DNA of 64,000 nucleotides from a virus (IMGVR_UViG_3300012007_000007:35434-99433); one strand, 5' to 3'; positions 9,356 through 19,740 are shown, counted from the first letter of the stretch. Notes: generated by a model from the sequence alone, not told the origin. Translations and numbers: made by a program.

Positions 9356-10766
9356 AAACCAATGAAAGTGGTTTACTTACGCGACTATAGCACGTAGTGG
9401 CGGAACTATAACCGCCTCTATCCCCTCGGTAAATGCGTTGGGGATTGCTTTTCTTATGATGTTGAGGGCACCGTTCAGGTCGGCATTGACGAGTATCCCC
9501 TTCGCAGTCCTGAACAGTCCTCTCTTGATTCGTCGTCCGAGATACTTCTCGTGATGGCCCATCTCCTCGCCATCGACAAATGAGCACTTGGACGTATAGG
9601 ACTCCTCGACGGTCAGGAACGCGATTCCGCGTTCCCTCGCCTTGTATGACAGCATGCCGATGAACCTGGCGTGTGGAATCTGTACGAAATTCTGGGTATC
9701 CTTCTTCCGCATGTCGCACTCTTGCTTCCAGCCTACATTCTTTCCGACCACTATAGTGGTGATGCCGCCTTCCGCTACGAAGTCGAATATACGACGTGCA
9801 GCCTTGTGCAGGTAGTCCCTTATCTTGTACTTTCGTTTCCTGAACAGCCTCTCGATATTCCTGGTAGTCCAGTGCCTCTGGGTCTGAACTCCTCGCTTGA
9901 TTTCCTTCTTTAGTAATGTGTCGTTTTCTGACCGCATCGTGGCCAGCTTCTTGTTGAAGAACTGATTGATTGACTTCAACGGCCTGCCATTGACAATAAT
10001 TCCGCGGCCGAAGTTCGTCCCGCAGGTCGCCAGGTTGTTGACTCCCAGGTCGATGCCCATTACGCGCCCGTTGTCGGCCTGCATGTCACATAGGTCGACC
10101 TTGTATATGAACGTTACTCGGATGTAGTCGGCACCGTCCGGCTCTATAATCAACTGCTGTATGCGGTTCGGGGCGATGAACGGGGGGATAGTAAGCCCTA
10201 CGTCAATTCCGCTAGGGGTTACCTTCCCAGGATATTTAACGAACGAAATCGCCTGCTTGGTGTACCGCAGTCGAGCATAGCCGTCCTTGTACTTGTACTT
10301 CGGCGGGTTTATCTGCTCCTGTCTCTCCGGGCTTCCTACGGGATACGACTTGTTCCTTACCACATGGGCGACATAAGACGTCCAGTCCGACTGGACGTCG
10401 CGGAGCACCTGCTGGCTTACCTTCTGCGGGAGGTCGAAGTAGTTAATCTGCCTTTCATCGCGGAACTTCCGTTCCATCTTGTAGTAGTCGGGATATTCGG
10501 TGAGCGGGTCCCGTCCTTCCTCCTTGGCCCTGTGATGCTCGTCGAGCACATGCCTGTAGTACCACAGTGCCGCGTTGTAGAGGGACTTCGCCTTGTGCAT
10601 CGCGCATAGGAGCACCTCGTTGCCCTTGAAGGGCAACGAGTAGCTGCATGCATATACGTTTCGCTCTGTCTTACTCATTCGACACGTTTAATTAATCAGT
10701 TGCCGTTAAATGTATATAATTTTTCTCTATTTGGCTTGCATTTTCTTTAATATATGGTTATTTTTG
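9339..10766 (-). mobile_element. IS200/IS605-family TnpB-only element, ends approximate
   Basis: tnpB with AT-rich upstream region; boundaries inferred only. Confidence 0.55.
9377..10678 (-). CDS. tnpB: TnpB with rearranged RuvC-II
   Basis: GIDLGVNN; IVVGKN in place of the canonical E; VEESYTS; NADLNGALN. Confidence 0.9.
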   Translation of the reverse strand: MSKTERNVYACSYSLPFKGNEVLLCAMHKAKSLYNAALWYYRHVLDEHHRAKEEGRDPLTEYPDYYKMERKFRDERQINYFDLPQKVSQQVLRDVQSDWTSYVAHVVRNKSYPVGSPERQEQINPPKYKYKDGYARLRYTKQAISFVKYPGKVTPSGIDVGLTIPPFIAPNRIQQLIIEPDGADYIRVTFIYKVDLCDMQADNGRVMGIDLGVNNLATCGTNFGRGIIVNGRPLKSINQFFNKKLATMRSENDTLLKKEIKRGVQTQRHWTTRNIERLFRKRKYKIRDYLHKAARRIFDFVAEGGITTIVVGKNVGWKQECDMRKKDTQNFVQIPHARFIGMLSYKARERGIAFLTVEESYTSKCSFVDGEEMGHHEKYLGRRIKRGLFRTAKGILVNADLNGALNIIRKAIPNAFTEGIEAVIVPPLRAIVA

Positions 10767-10831
10767 TTATACAAGCGGACTCCCATGGATGATGTGAAAT
10801 TGCTATATTTCCTCATAGAGAGGTAGCACCT

Positions 10832-11230
10832 ATGGAAATCATCACGAAAGGCGGAAACGTAATCACCTGTACTCCGGAAGAGTACGCCAAGATGGTACAG
10901 CTTGACGTAATGCCGGGAAGTGGCTCCGGAACCCCAGTCGCACCAAACATAGCGACAACGCTGAATATACCCGGGAATACCGGGAAACTTCTACTCGAAA
11001 CCGGGAGTCCCGGGAATATCCAGAAGCTACCGGATGACATCGTTCCACTGCCGGAAGGCGGCTCCTCGTGGAAGAAGACCATCGAGGTGGAACCATACAG
11101 CGCAGTCGAGAAGCTTCCCGACGGAAGCACCAGGATTAAGTCAACCGACTGCGACGCCAACATCGCTGGCATCCGCAAGCAATACAGCGACTTCATGGAC
11201 AACCTCACACGGGACGGTAACCGAAAATGA
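10832..11230 (+). CDS. hypothetical protein
   Basis: GAGGTAG RBS after promoter 10799..10810. Confidence 0.6.
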   Translation: MEIITKGGNVITCTPEEYAKMVQLDVMPGSGSGTPVAPNIATTLNIPGNTGKLLLETGSPGNIQKLPDDIVPLPEGGSSWKKTIEVEPYSAVEKLPDGSTRIKSTDCDANIAGIRKQYSDFMDNLTRDGNRK

Positions 11231-11427
11231 ACGGAGAAGCCAGCGCCGCAGTACAGATAGCGATGGCCCAGAATGCCGGTTCCGGATACGGCGCGGAGGC
11301 CATGATGTGGCCGGTAGTTGTCGTGGCAATCCTGATGGTGGCACTGGTCGTCGCAGTCGCCATCCTGAAGGACGCGATATTCGGTTCCCGGGATGAACAT
11401 GACGATACATACAACTCGAGGCTGTGA
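11227..11427 (+). CDS. small membrane protein
   Basis: one TM helix; ATGA-coupled. Confidence 0.6.
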   Translation: MNGEASAAVQIAMAQNAGSGYGAEAMMWPVVVVAILMVALVVAVAILKDAIFGSRDEHDDTYNSRL

Positions 11428-11654
11428 TGAGCATTTGTTTCAACGGGATGTCGGATGACCGGTACTGGAACCAGGAGCCGGTTCTGCTGCTCATAAACGG
11501 CCGTGTACACGAGGCTATCTTCGAGAATAGCCGCGGCTGGTTCTACCTGTACAACAGATGGAATGGCGAGGAAAACGACGAGCTTCCCGAGTTCCTGATG
11601 GAAGACGATGAGCGTCTGGAAGGTTGGTGCTTCGCCAAGATAGACGAGAACTAG
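11424..11654 (+). CDS. hypothetical protein
   Basis: coupled to the previous gene. Confidence 0.55.
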   Translation: MMSICFNGMSDDRYWNQEPVLLLINGRVHEAIFENSRGWFYLYNRWNGEENDELPEFLMEDDERLEGWCFAKIDEN

Positions 11655-12112
11655 GGCAGTTCCCCAAGCAACTTGTATAGTTCTTCCCTATATACTGGCG
11701 AGTCGAACTGGTCCAGCCAGTCCACGTTACCGTTGCAACACTTGGTTTGGGCACGCTCGATATATTCAACAAGCGATTCTACCGAGAATCTCCCGCTATC
11801 CATAGCGCGGCTTATCGATGGAAGTTCCGGAAGCCATGTCGTCTCGTGGCCTACGCATGCCAGCATCTTCCTGGCAACGAAGCACTGTACGGCCTTGGTG
11901 ATGTCACATCCGGGCTTACTCTTTGACGCTTCCCGTCTGTCCAGCTCATTGAGTATTTCGAATACTATCTCCGAGTGCATGCCGGGACTAATGACATCAC
12001 CTTGATGGCGGCCGTATATTCCTTCCATGGTATACCGTATGCAGCGGTTAATCTGCTCATCAAGATAATCATCCCGTATTTCCGTGTGCGGCACTTCTAT
12101 CGTCACTGCCAT
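11651..12112 (-). CDS. hypothetical protein
   Basis: GGAG RBS, MAVTIEV start. Confidence 0.55.
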   Translation of the reverse strand: MAVTIEVPHTEIRDDYLDEQINRCIRYTMEGIYGRHQGDVISPGMHSEIVFEILNELDRREASKSKPGCDITKAVQCFVARKMLACVGHETTWLPELPSISRAMDSGRFSVESLVEYIERAQTKCCNGNVDWLDQFDSPVYREELYKLLGELP

Positions 12113-12129
12113 ATTGCTATCTCCTTCCC

Positions 12130-12447
12130 CTAGGCGGCATTCAGCAGTTTCTTCCTGGCCTTGTACTGTCTCTGGCGTTCGCGCTTCTTCTCCATCCTCA
12201 CCGGGTCTAGCTTCATCTTTGCGTAGCACCTGTCGCGCTTCGCCTTGACCTTGTCCGGGTTTTTCTCCTCCCATGCCTTCTGCCTGGCATGGCAGTGTTC
12301 CAGGTTATCGTGATAATGATTGTTCCAACGGTCGCGGTCCTTCTTGCGCTTGCGCTCCAGGGCTTCCCGGGACGGCGCGGGAGGCACTATCACCGGGGTC
12401 AGGGCGATGCGCCTGCGGAGTTCCTTCCAGTCTATAAGGTCGGCCAT
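12130..12447 (-). CDS. basic helical hypothetical protein
   Basis: 105 aa, K/R-rich. Confidence 0.55.
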   Translation of the reverse strand: MADLIDWKELRRRIALTPVIVPPAPSREALERKRKKDRDRWNNHYHDNLEHCHARQKAWEEKNPDKVKAKRDRCYAKMKLDPVRMEKKRERQRQYKARKKLLNAA

Positions 12448-12458
12448 CTACATCACCC

Positions 12459-12695
12459 CTATGGATTCAGCTTCTTTGCTATGACATCGCCGCACTTCTT
12501 GCATCTCAGCACAAGCACCTTTCCGCACGGTATCGTATCTTCAGTAACTTCGCCAGGTGGGTAAACTGTATACTCATCAACTGTCTCAAATTCGTGTCTA
12601 CAGCTCAGTTCAAGAAACTTGAATACAATGGCTGCTATACATGCCAGTGATGACACACCGAGTACTATTACAACAAAATAAATCGGTTCCATCAT
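12459..12695 (-). CDS. small membrane protein with CxH...CxxCG zinc-ribbon-like motif
   Basis: TM helix, then CRHEF...CKKCG. Confidence 0.6.
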   Translation of the reverse strand: MMEPIYFVVIVLGVSSLACIAAIVFKFLELSCRHEFETVDEYTVYPPGEVTEDTIPCGKVLVLRCKKCGDVIAKKLNP

Positions 12696-12823
12696 ATCCT
12701 CCTGTCGGAAAACGCCATTCTGGGCGTCATGAATACATCAAGCGCCTTATTGTTGTGGTTCCATACTTCCCGCTCGCCCTTACGCTCGTCCTTGCCGCGG
12801 AATTCCTTTCTCAACTTCGCGTT

Positions 12824-14212
12824 GTCAACTACCCACCGCCTAAAGGCGGTGAGCTTGTACGGCTCCCGGTGTTTCCAGAGGGAGACTGATGTACGATTGG
12901 GTGGTTGACTTACACCCTGCCTTCCAAGTTTTCAGCGTACCGTCTAGCGGCATCTTGAACGAGAAAGGATGTTTGCTCTTTTGAGCGATATTGACTGCAC
13001 CGTTCCAGTCGGCATCAAGGACGGTTCCATTCTTGCAATAGAATCTACGATTCTTTCGAGTACCTTCCTTCTTGCCAGTGGTGCAATCTGTTTGACTTGT
13101 CATGAACGGAGAAACTGTTTCTACTCGCTTTCCATTGAGTAGTGCCTTGTATGACAAGATTTGCTTGAATTTATAGAACGGCACCTGTCCGATTCTACGG
13201 TTATGATTTTTCTTCTTGAACCCTTCCTTGGACTTGGAAGTATTCTTCTTGATATTGCTTAAATCTTCAAGGATGATGAAGCTATCCGTTGTGCTGTCAA
13301 TGATTGCATTGGCAACCTTGTAGCACATATCCGTGGACTGGTTCATCTCCTTGATTGATAACTTACCCTTATGTCGTCTAGCAGACTTTGTTCCCTTCTT
13401 CTGCAAGCGACGCTTCAGATAGCGGATTTTGCGTCTTCGGGCATTATATTCCTTGTCGTTGAACATGATACCATCCGAAGTAATCGCAAACCTACGCTCG
13501 CCCAAGTCCACTCCGATACAGTTGTCGTTCTGCACCGGAATTTCGGGTACTTCAAACGGAATTGAAAGATAGAACTTGCCATCACGATTAAAGATTAGCG
13601 GGTCTTGCGTTGGATATTTCTTGAACAATTCAATCAGTCGTGGAAACTTAACGATTTCGGCAGCAGCCCTATGATTGGATTTCTCCGAGCACAACGATAT
13701 TCCATCAATGCTCATCTTGGAGTACAACCGCTTGTCCAACCGCATAGACAGATTCTTCTTGGTCGGAATCTTATGTTCTATATGTCCGTTGGAGTTGATT
13801 GAGCGGAATGCAGATATGCATTCCTTGTATATCTTGATAATGCCTTGCGACGGTATTGTCGGAAAGTCTTCCCTCAAGATATAGTATACTGCGTGGTGTA
13901 CGGACTTCAAGTCCAGGTGTATCTTGTTGGAATCTAGTATGTTGGCACATTCGTTATATGCAAGTCTAGCCGTTTCAAGAAGACTAGACCAGTATTCTTG
14001 GTCTGCCCTGTCCTTGAAGCGGAGTTCTGCATTATAAGTTATCGTACACATACTTTCACCCGTGTTCATCTTAAAGTTTATAAAATTCTTGTGGCAGATG
14101 CAACCGTTTTGTACTCATTTCTCTACAAGAAACCAAGAAAGTGTTCCCAAAATGTTCTCGTGGGCATTCCTAAGCCACCCTAAAGGGTGGCATCTTCCTG
14201 CCCACTCTTTTT
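12824..14212 (-). mobile_element. IS200/IS605-family TnpB-only element inserted after TTCAC
   Basis: right end AAGCTCACCGCCTTTAGGCGGTGGGTAGTTGAC; left hairpin GCCACCC-TTTA-GGGTGGC; removal restores an ORF. Confidence 0.85.
12840..14069 (-). CDS. tnpB: TnpB RNA-guided endonuclease
   Basis: GVDLGERR, IILEDL, DADWNGAVN. Confidence 0.9.
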   Translation of the reverse strand: MNTGESMCTITYNAELRFKDRADQEYWSSLLETARLAYNECANILDSNKIHLDLKSVHHAVYYILREDFPTIPSQGIIKIYKECISAFRSINSNGHIEHKIPTKKNLSMRLDKRLYSKMSIDGISLCSEKSNHRAAAEIVKFPRLIELFKKYPTQDPLIFNRDGKFYLSIPFEVPEIPVQNDNCIGVDLGERRFAITSDGIMFNDKEYNARRRKIRYLKRRLQKKGTKSARRHKGKLSIKEMNQSTDMCYKVANAIIDSTTDSFIILEDLSNIKKNTSKSKEGFKKKNHNRRIGQVPFYKFKQILSYKALLNGKRVETVSPFMTSQTDCTTGKKEGTRKNRRFYCKNGTVLDADWNGAVNIAQKSKHPFSFKMPLDGTLKTWKAGCKSTTQSYISLPLETPGAVQAHRL

Positions 14213-14228
14213 GTGAATGTGATTAACC

Positions 14229-14567
14229 CTATGGTCGATATAGTGGAACCCGACCTTCCAGGCACCCATCTTCTTGCGTCCATACCTTGAATATATCATT
14301 GTTTTCCTCCGATTCTACGGGATACTGCTCGCATCCTGTAGCGTACATTTCAACTATATGCCTGAGCCTATGTACCTCAGCATTCCGTTCCTTGATTCTC
14401 TGTTTCAGATAGTCCCATGTCTCAGCCGATATACGGTAATATACCGGGCAGTCCTTGATGGGAACCCATTCATGCTTAGGTTCGGCATAATGCTCCCTGT
14501 ATATCAGGTAAGCGACTACGGCAACCAGAAGCATGAAGGCAAGTATGACAGCTACACATTCCATCAT
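14229..14567 (-). CDS. hypothetical membrane-anchored protein
   Basis: N-terminal TM helix. Confidence 0.55.
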   Translation of the reverse strand: MMECVAVILAFMLLVAVVAYLIYREHYAEPKHEWVPIKDCPVYYRISAETWDYLKQRIKERNAEVHRLRHIVEMYATGCEQYPVESEENNDIFKVWTQEDGCLEGRVPLYRP

Positions 14568-14844
14568 CTAGGCACCCCCTCAATCGAATAGCGCATGTCG
14601 CGCAAGAATTTCCGGTATGCTCCGTTTCACGAAATCAACAGTCGCTGCCATCGACACCTCGACTTCCTCGAACAGGTATTCCTTTTCACGAAAGTGATAT
14701 GAATTATTGGAGCAATTTACCACCAGTATCTTCTCACCTTGGTGGGCCCTTTCTTACATCCTACCGACTCAGCCTTTGCTAGGTTGATAATGGTAACGTC
14801 AGTCTCGTCCTTCTTATGTGTAACCTTTATCTTCATAATTTCTT

Positions 14845-15177
14845 CTACCAAAATAATGGACTGTTCTCGAATCGAGGGTCACTACGCTCGTTCACATGGC
14901 TGGGAACATGGCCTCCCTCGGCACGCTTCTGCCACTCGAACACCTCACACGGCCCTTCTATGTAGTTTCCCCGGTACACCCGGATATCCCCGTTAGTATT
15001 CCGGTACACACCCTTCTGCACCCGGTAGTCCTTCTGTATACGGAAGGCATAGTCTACCGCCTCGTCCAGGGTACGGAACTTCAGTATGTGCGAGCACGTC
15101 CCTATAGGATAGTGCCCGCTACCGTATGTGTACTCGTAGTACATCAGCTTGTATGACTTTTCTTCGGCTGTTTCCAT
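14845..15177 (-). CDS. hypothetical protein
   Basis: 110 aa ORF within an operon. Confidence 0.55.
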   Translation of the reverse strand: METAEEKSYKLMYYEYTYGSGHYPIGTCSHILKFRTLDEAVDYAFRIQKDYRVQKGVYRNTNGDIRVYRGNYIEGPCEVFEWQKRAEGGHVPSHVNERSDPRFENSPLFW

Positions 15178-15181
15178 AAGT

Positions 15182-15496
15182 TCACCACCTAAATGTTAAG
15201 GTTCCGTTCCCAGGCGCCCTGCAATAAGTCAATTCCATAGATAGTCCTTCTTTTTTGAAGATGTTTTCAACTGCAGAGAGGTCTTCAATAAAACACGTGG
15301 GATTATTATATAGGGGATTTTTACAGAAAATTTTTCCTCCGACAATAGTAAATGACACCTTAGAGTCTTTTTGACCGATGCCATTTACCACACAAGTTTT
15401 AATTGCCTCCTTAAATTCCGCTACTATATGCAAGACGTCTCTACCGAAATTGATTGTCTGCTGCTGTTGTAGTGCAATCAGTTCATCCTTAAACAT
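15182..15496 (-). CDS. hypothetical protein, paralog of 18888..19199
   Basis: MFKDxL...HIVAEFKE...CKNPLY...IEDLSAVE shared. Confidence 0.7.
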   Translation of the reverse strand: MFKDELIALQQQQTINFGRDVLHIVAEFKEAIKTCVVNGIGQKDSKVSFTIVGGKIFCKNPLYNNPTCFIEDLSAVENIFKKEGLSMELTYCRAPGNGTLTFRW

Positions 15497-15501
15497 TTTA
15501 G

Positions 15502-15858
15502 TTACTCCTTGTTAAGTTCTGCAATAACATCATCCTCGAGCTGGCTGATGGCCACCACATCTTCTTGTTCCAGGATGAGGCGTGCCAAGTGATGGACGTC
15601 GAACATGGATGACATGTTGAACTTCTTGTACCTGTCTGGGTGCGACTGGGAATCCCATTTGGCGAGGATGCCGACAGCACACTTGCTTGCTTCATTGCGG
15701 TCGGTGGAGAAGTTCTCCGCGACATACCGAATGAACTCCTCGCCCTCTTTAACCAACTGGGTAGCCATCCGCAAGGCGTTCTCTTGCTTGAGCAAGTGAC
15801 CATAAATGCGGGAACGCACTTCTGCCGTGAATGCGGCCAAGTCCGATTTAACCATCAT
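15502..15858 (-). CDS. hypothetical protein, paralog of 19741..20091
   Basis: DLAAFxAEV...KCAVGILA...QLEDDVIAELNK shared. Confidence 0.7.
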   Translation of the reverse strand: MMVKSDLAAFTAEVRSRIYGHLLKQENALRMATQLVKEGEEFIRYVAENFSTDRNEASKCAVGILAKWDSQSHPDRYKKFNMSSMFDVHHLARLILEQEDVVAISQLEDDVIAELNKE

Positions 15859-16054
15859 CTCTTTCCTTTTTTTCCATTTCATTGTACAGGAGTTTTTCAA
15901 TGTGTTTGACCTTTCCGCTTACAACGGGGTGCAGGTCGCCGTAAGAACCATCGAGTTTCAGATACGCATACTGAATACGGTCAAGCAAGTCGAGCATGGC
16001 ATTGACCGCTTCCTTAGGTACGGTGTATTTTTTATCAAAATCTGTCCAAGCCAT
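15848..16054 (-). CDS. hypothetical protein, paralog of 56737..56937
   Basis: DLLDRIxYAYLKxDGxYGDLHPVV shared. Confidence 0.7.
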   Translation of the reverse strand: MAWTDFDKKYTVPKEAVNAMLDLLDRIQYAYLKLDGSYGDLHPVVSGKVKHIEKLLYNEMEKKERDDG

Positions 16055-16278
16055 ACTATTGGCCCTCCTTTACATCATATATTGCCGCGTTGTCCCGGCT
16101 AGTGGACTACTTCATACCACAAATATAGCAAAATATGGCAGTTGAGGCTGCTCCAATACCGAAATGGCGTATTTTTGCTATATTTATGTCATGATTGACC
16201 AAATGTAACTGGGCCTTTTATATGCAAATAGCAGAAGCCCTGGGAATTTCCCGTGGCTTTCTCTTTTCATTCAGCACA

Positions 16279-16668
16279 TTAGCCTTCTCGGCTAACGACT
16301 TCGCTGTATGTCGTGGGAACCGCCGGTATTTCCCGGGGTTCCTGGCGGAGATACCGGTTGAAGAATTCCACGATGTGCGTGGAAGAGAACTCGGCATCGT
16401 ACCGGTCCACATCCAGGGTCACTTCAACTTCCAGCGTTTCGCTTGGCCTGAAGTATCCCTTGAACACGAAATGCCCAGTTAGATTGCTGGACGTATCGCA
16501 CGATACATAATCAAAGCAATCAGGCAACATTTCGCCAATCTTCAGAGCGGCATCGAGGTCCTTTGTTATATCATGCGGCTGGGAGGATGACTCCCCGTGC
16601 TTGAAGTAGGGGAATCCCTTGTTGCAGGCATCCTCGGCCGCAGCCCTAATCTGTTCAGGTGTAATCAT
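16279..16668 (-). CDS. hypothetical protein
   Basis: GAGG RBS; promoter at 16713. Confidence 0.6.
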   Translation of the reverse strand: MITPEQIRAAAEDACNKGFPYFKHGESSSQPHDITKDLDAALKIGEMLPDCFDYVSCDTSSNLTGHFVFKGYFRPSETLEVEVTLDVDRYDAEFSSTHIVEFFNRYLRQEPREIPAVPTTYSEVVSREG

Positions 16669-16834
16669 ACTATTGGCCCTCTTCTAGTTCGTGCATTATC
16701 CTATTCATGATACAAATATAGCAAAAATGCTCCGGCACGGGGCCGGAGCATGTCGAATACCTATTGGGCCACTTGGCACAATCGGCTATGCACCGTAGGA
16801 TACAGGCCAAGCCATTGTGCGTGGCAGCCATCAA

Positions 16835-18436
16835 TCACTGTCCATCGTATGCGGTTGGGTCCATCTGCTGGCAGAACTTATCTAACGCGGTGACACATGC
16901 GGTTTCAATCTTGGCCAAGCTGTCATTGACAGCCGATTTTATGCTAGTTTCGAACATTTCGGTAAACGCTTTCGACCATCCGTTCGGTTCGAACCGGTCT
17001 CTTTCCAGTCTCAACGCTTCCTCGAGCTGCTTGATTCTGTTTGCTTGCCAATCCATATACTTGTCAGCTTCGACTCTGGAATATACAGAATGTTCCATGG
17101 TCGGCTCCTTTGCCTCTACAAGCGTATGGTCAATGAATGATACCGGGCGTTCCGGTTGTGCTTCCATACTATACGGAACAGCCGTGTCGATGCTCTGGTC
17201 CCATTCGCATTCCGGTATTGCATGGTATGGAACATCTCGAAGCGCCATATCAGATGTGATTGTATATTTTACAATCAACGCCTTCTCTGGGACATACGGT
17301 GTACCATCGGGATTCTTGACATCCGGCTGGTATTTCTCCATGACACATTCACAGATGGCAGAATTGCCGACAATATTACTCAGCATGCTGACATGCGGAT
17401 GACCATAAGGACGGAATTTCACTTGGTATTTCTTGCCGACTTGCAGAATATCCTTCCAAGACAGAGGCAACGTTCTAGCATCCGGCATGGCCTTATATTT
17501 TTCAACGACCTTTTCAAGAAGCTGACACTGGAGATTGCCATCAGAGGCGGGCTGGATGGGATACGCTGCAGGGTAAATATTGCTTCCTACCAGTTCAGGA
17601 TACGCTAAGTACATACCATCCTTACAGAACATTGGTAACGTTGACGGAGATGCAGCATATAGTCTGATTCCGCGAATGACCAGTCCGTCGTTTATTACGG
17701 CGACCACGTCAGCCAGCCTGCCCGGGTCATCCTCCATGGAGCATGGTACCACATCGACTTTAGTCACGCGTAACTGGGCATTTTCCAAATAGTTGATGTA
17801 TGCATAGGCTGCCTTTAATTCTAAACGGCATTTTTTAAGACAATCGTGGACATCCATGTTGTCTATGTCGAAATGTGCAGTAATCGCCGGGAGAATCTCG
17901 CCATATTCCTTCCGGTCGATGCTCGTAGCTGTAGCGAGCTTTTCAAGCATTTCATCTGAATGCTTTATTTGTTCATAACGGGCCGCAACCGCATTTGTCA
18001 CTGCTATAAGTGTAAGGTTATTCATACACACGCCGGATTGAGTCTCCGGCTCGACAATATTGTAGATTCCCGTAGCGTCGTTATACCTGAGGCCGAGGCC
18101 ATTGACTGTCAGGGACGAGGAATCGCTCGAAGCCTCGACATCGGCCATGGCGACAAGCTCCGGGTCATCAGAGGCCTCGCATAAGTCGAGACGTAAAACC
18201 TTGACCTTAATATTGTCAAGAGCCTCCCGGGCACTCATGGTTGCCTTCATCCGGGTTTTCATCTTCTCACCTTCCAAGGACGTACTGGTCCAGCCACCTT
18301 CGTCGTTCACGTACATGACATTGACACCGTCCGTTGTGCCGTTTGCAATGCATGCTTCAAGGTCTCTATCGCCGATGTATTCCTTTAACTCGGCGAGCTC
18401 GTCAATTATCTTACTGATTTTCATGGTTTCTTTCAT
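16835..18436 (-). CDS. mosaic protein with a central SpoVG-like domain
   Basis: LRVTKVDV...LADVVAVINDGLVIRGIRL...YLAYP resembles SpoVG. Confidence 0.55.
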   Translation of the reverse strand: MKETMKISKIIDELAELKEYIGDRDLEACIANGTTDGVNVMYVNDEGGWTSTSLEGEKMKTRMKATMSAREALDNIKVKVLRLDLCEASDDPELVAMADVEASSDSSSLTVNGLGLRYNDATGIYNIVEPETQSGVCMNNLTLIAVTNAVAARYEQIKHSDEMLEKLATATSIDRKEYGEILPAITAHFDIDNMDVHDCLKKCRLELKAAYAYINYLENAQLRVTKVDVVPCSMEDDPGRLADVVAVINDGLVIRGIRLYAASPSTLPMFCKDGMYLAYPELVGSNIYPAAYPIQPASDGNLQCQLLEKVVEKYKAMPDARTLPLSWKDILQVGKKYQVKFRPYGHPHVSMLSNIVGNSAICECVMEKYQPDVKNPDGTPYVPEKALIVKYTITSDMALRDVPYHAIPECEWDQSIDTAVPYSMEAQPERPVSFIDHTLVEAKEPTMEHSVYSRVEADKYMDWQANRIKQLEEALRLERDRFEPNGWSKAFTEMFETSIKSAVNDSLAKIETACVTALDKFCQQMDPTAYDGQ

Positions 18437-18887
18437 GGGTTCTCCTTTGGAATTTTCACCCATTTATAAAACTATTCCATTTCCATACCACCAGTATTCT
18501 TTTTGCGGCATTGCATGCGATATTTTGCCATCCGTTTAACCAGATTACTTTGCATTCAAGAAAATCATCGTCCCGACAAAAATCAATACGCCACCGATGG
18601 CATATTGAATGCTGCAACTCCAAGGCATAACGGTGCCAGACAATGCTAGCAGGAATCCACCCCATTTAATCACATTTACCCCCCTAGCATCCTAATAGAT
18701 ATGCTCCTGCAAATATAGAGAAAAATACCCATCCTGCCACTGCAAGGACAAGTCCTGCAGCGATACCCGTGGAATTGACATCAAAAAGCGGTGCGGGCGG
18801 TAGGTCGCATACATAAAAAAAGAATTTGCCGAGTGCGACCGTATATAATACCCACAGAATAACTAGAATTATGCAAGTCACTATAGT

Positions 18888-19199
18888 TTACCAACTAAAG
18901 GTTACGGTTCCGTTCAAGTGCGTTCTGTCATAAGACCACTCCATATCTATGCCTTCTTGTTTGAAGACTTTTTCAACCGCAGAGAGGTCTTCAATAGAAC
19001 ATGTTGGCTCATGGTATAGGGGATTTTTACATACAATTTTCCCATTGACAATATCAAATACCACTTTATTGTCATTTTTACAAAAGCCATTCTTCACCCA
19101 ACTCTCAATTTCCTCCTTAAACTCTGCAACTATATGCTGCAAGGTATTGCTGCGAGGATTGGCTTTCTCTTGTAATGCAAGCAGTTTATCTTTAAACAT
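18888..19199 (-). CDS. hypothetical protein, paralog of 15182..15496
   Basis: protein similarity. Confidence 0.7.
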   Translation of the reverse strand: MFKDKLLALQEKANPRSNTLQHIVAEFKEEIESWVKNGFCKNDNKVVFDIVNGKIVCKNPLYHEPTCSIEDLSAVEKVFKQEGIDMEWSYDRTHLNGTVTFSW

Positions 19200-19342
19200 T
19201 TTTAGTTCTCCTTTATTCAATGCTTTGTCCATCCAAGATGTTGTTCGGACATTTCACTACGAAATGAACGGGACTCAGCCTAGTTCAAATATAGCAAATT
19301 GTTGATTATATGTCGACGGCAACACTTTGGGTGTACATAGCC

Positions 19343-19732
19343 TTATTCAACCGCCACATGGTCGAACTTCTCTAAACACAAGTTTACATTCTCACATACC
19401 CAGCGGCCACGACAGTAACCTATGATAGTGACATCGTGCTTATATCCTGTACGGTCATTGTCATTCCAGGCTTTTCCAGATACTGGTTTACCATTCCAGT
19501 CTTCAAAGAATAGTTCTCCAGGCATCTTAACTGCCACTATGTCATACTTGTCACCACGCTGAAATCTATGAATCAGCTTCAAATCGTCATCATATTCTTC
19601 TTCATCTACGAATGAGCCATCCCAGTTTTTACCAAGCTGTCTAAATTCGGCTCTTTTTCCTTTGACGGTATATACATTGCCACTATTGTCAATGAGCTGA
19701 TATCCGTCTTTCCAGTAAGTTTTCTTGTCCAT
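19343..19732 (-). CDS. hypothetical protein
   Basis: 129 aa ORF. Confidence 0.6.
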   Translation of the reverse strand: MDKKTYWKDGYQLIDNSGNVYTVKGKRAEFRQLGKNWDGSFVDEEEYDDDLKLIHRFQRGDKYDIVAVKMPGELFFEDWNGKPVSGKAWNDNDRTGYKHDVTIIGYCRGRWVCENVNLCLEKFDHVAVE

Positions 19733-19740
19733 CGCACTAC

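Larger units (their letters stand above)
12692..14299 (-). pseudogene. 72-aa gene split by the IS at 12824..14212
   Basis: removing the element gives an uninterrupted ORF MIYSRYGRKKMGAWKVGFHYIDHRVNHIH|NAKLRKEF...SDRRI, ATGA-coupled to 12459..12695. Confidence 0.6.
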
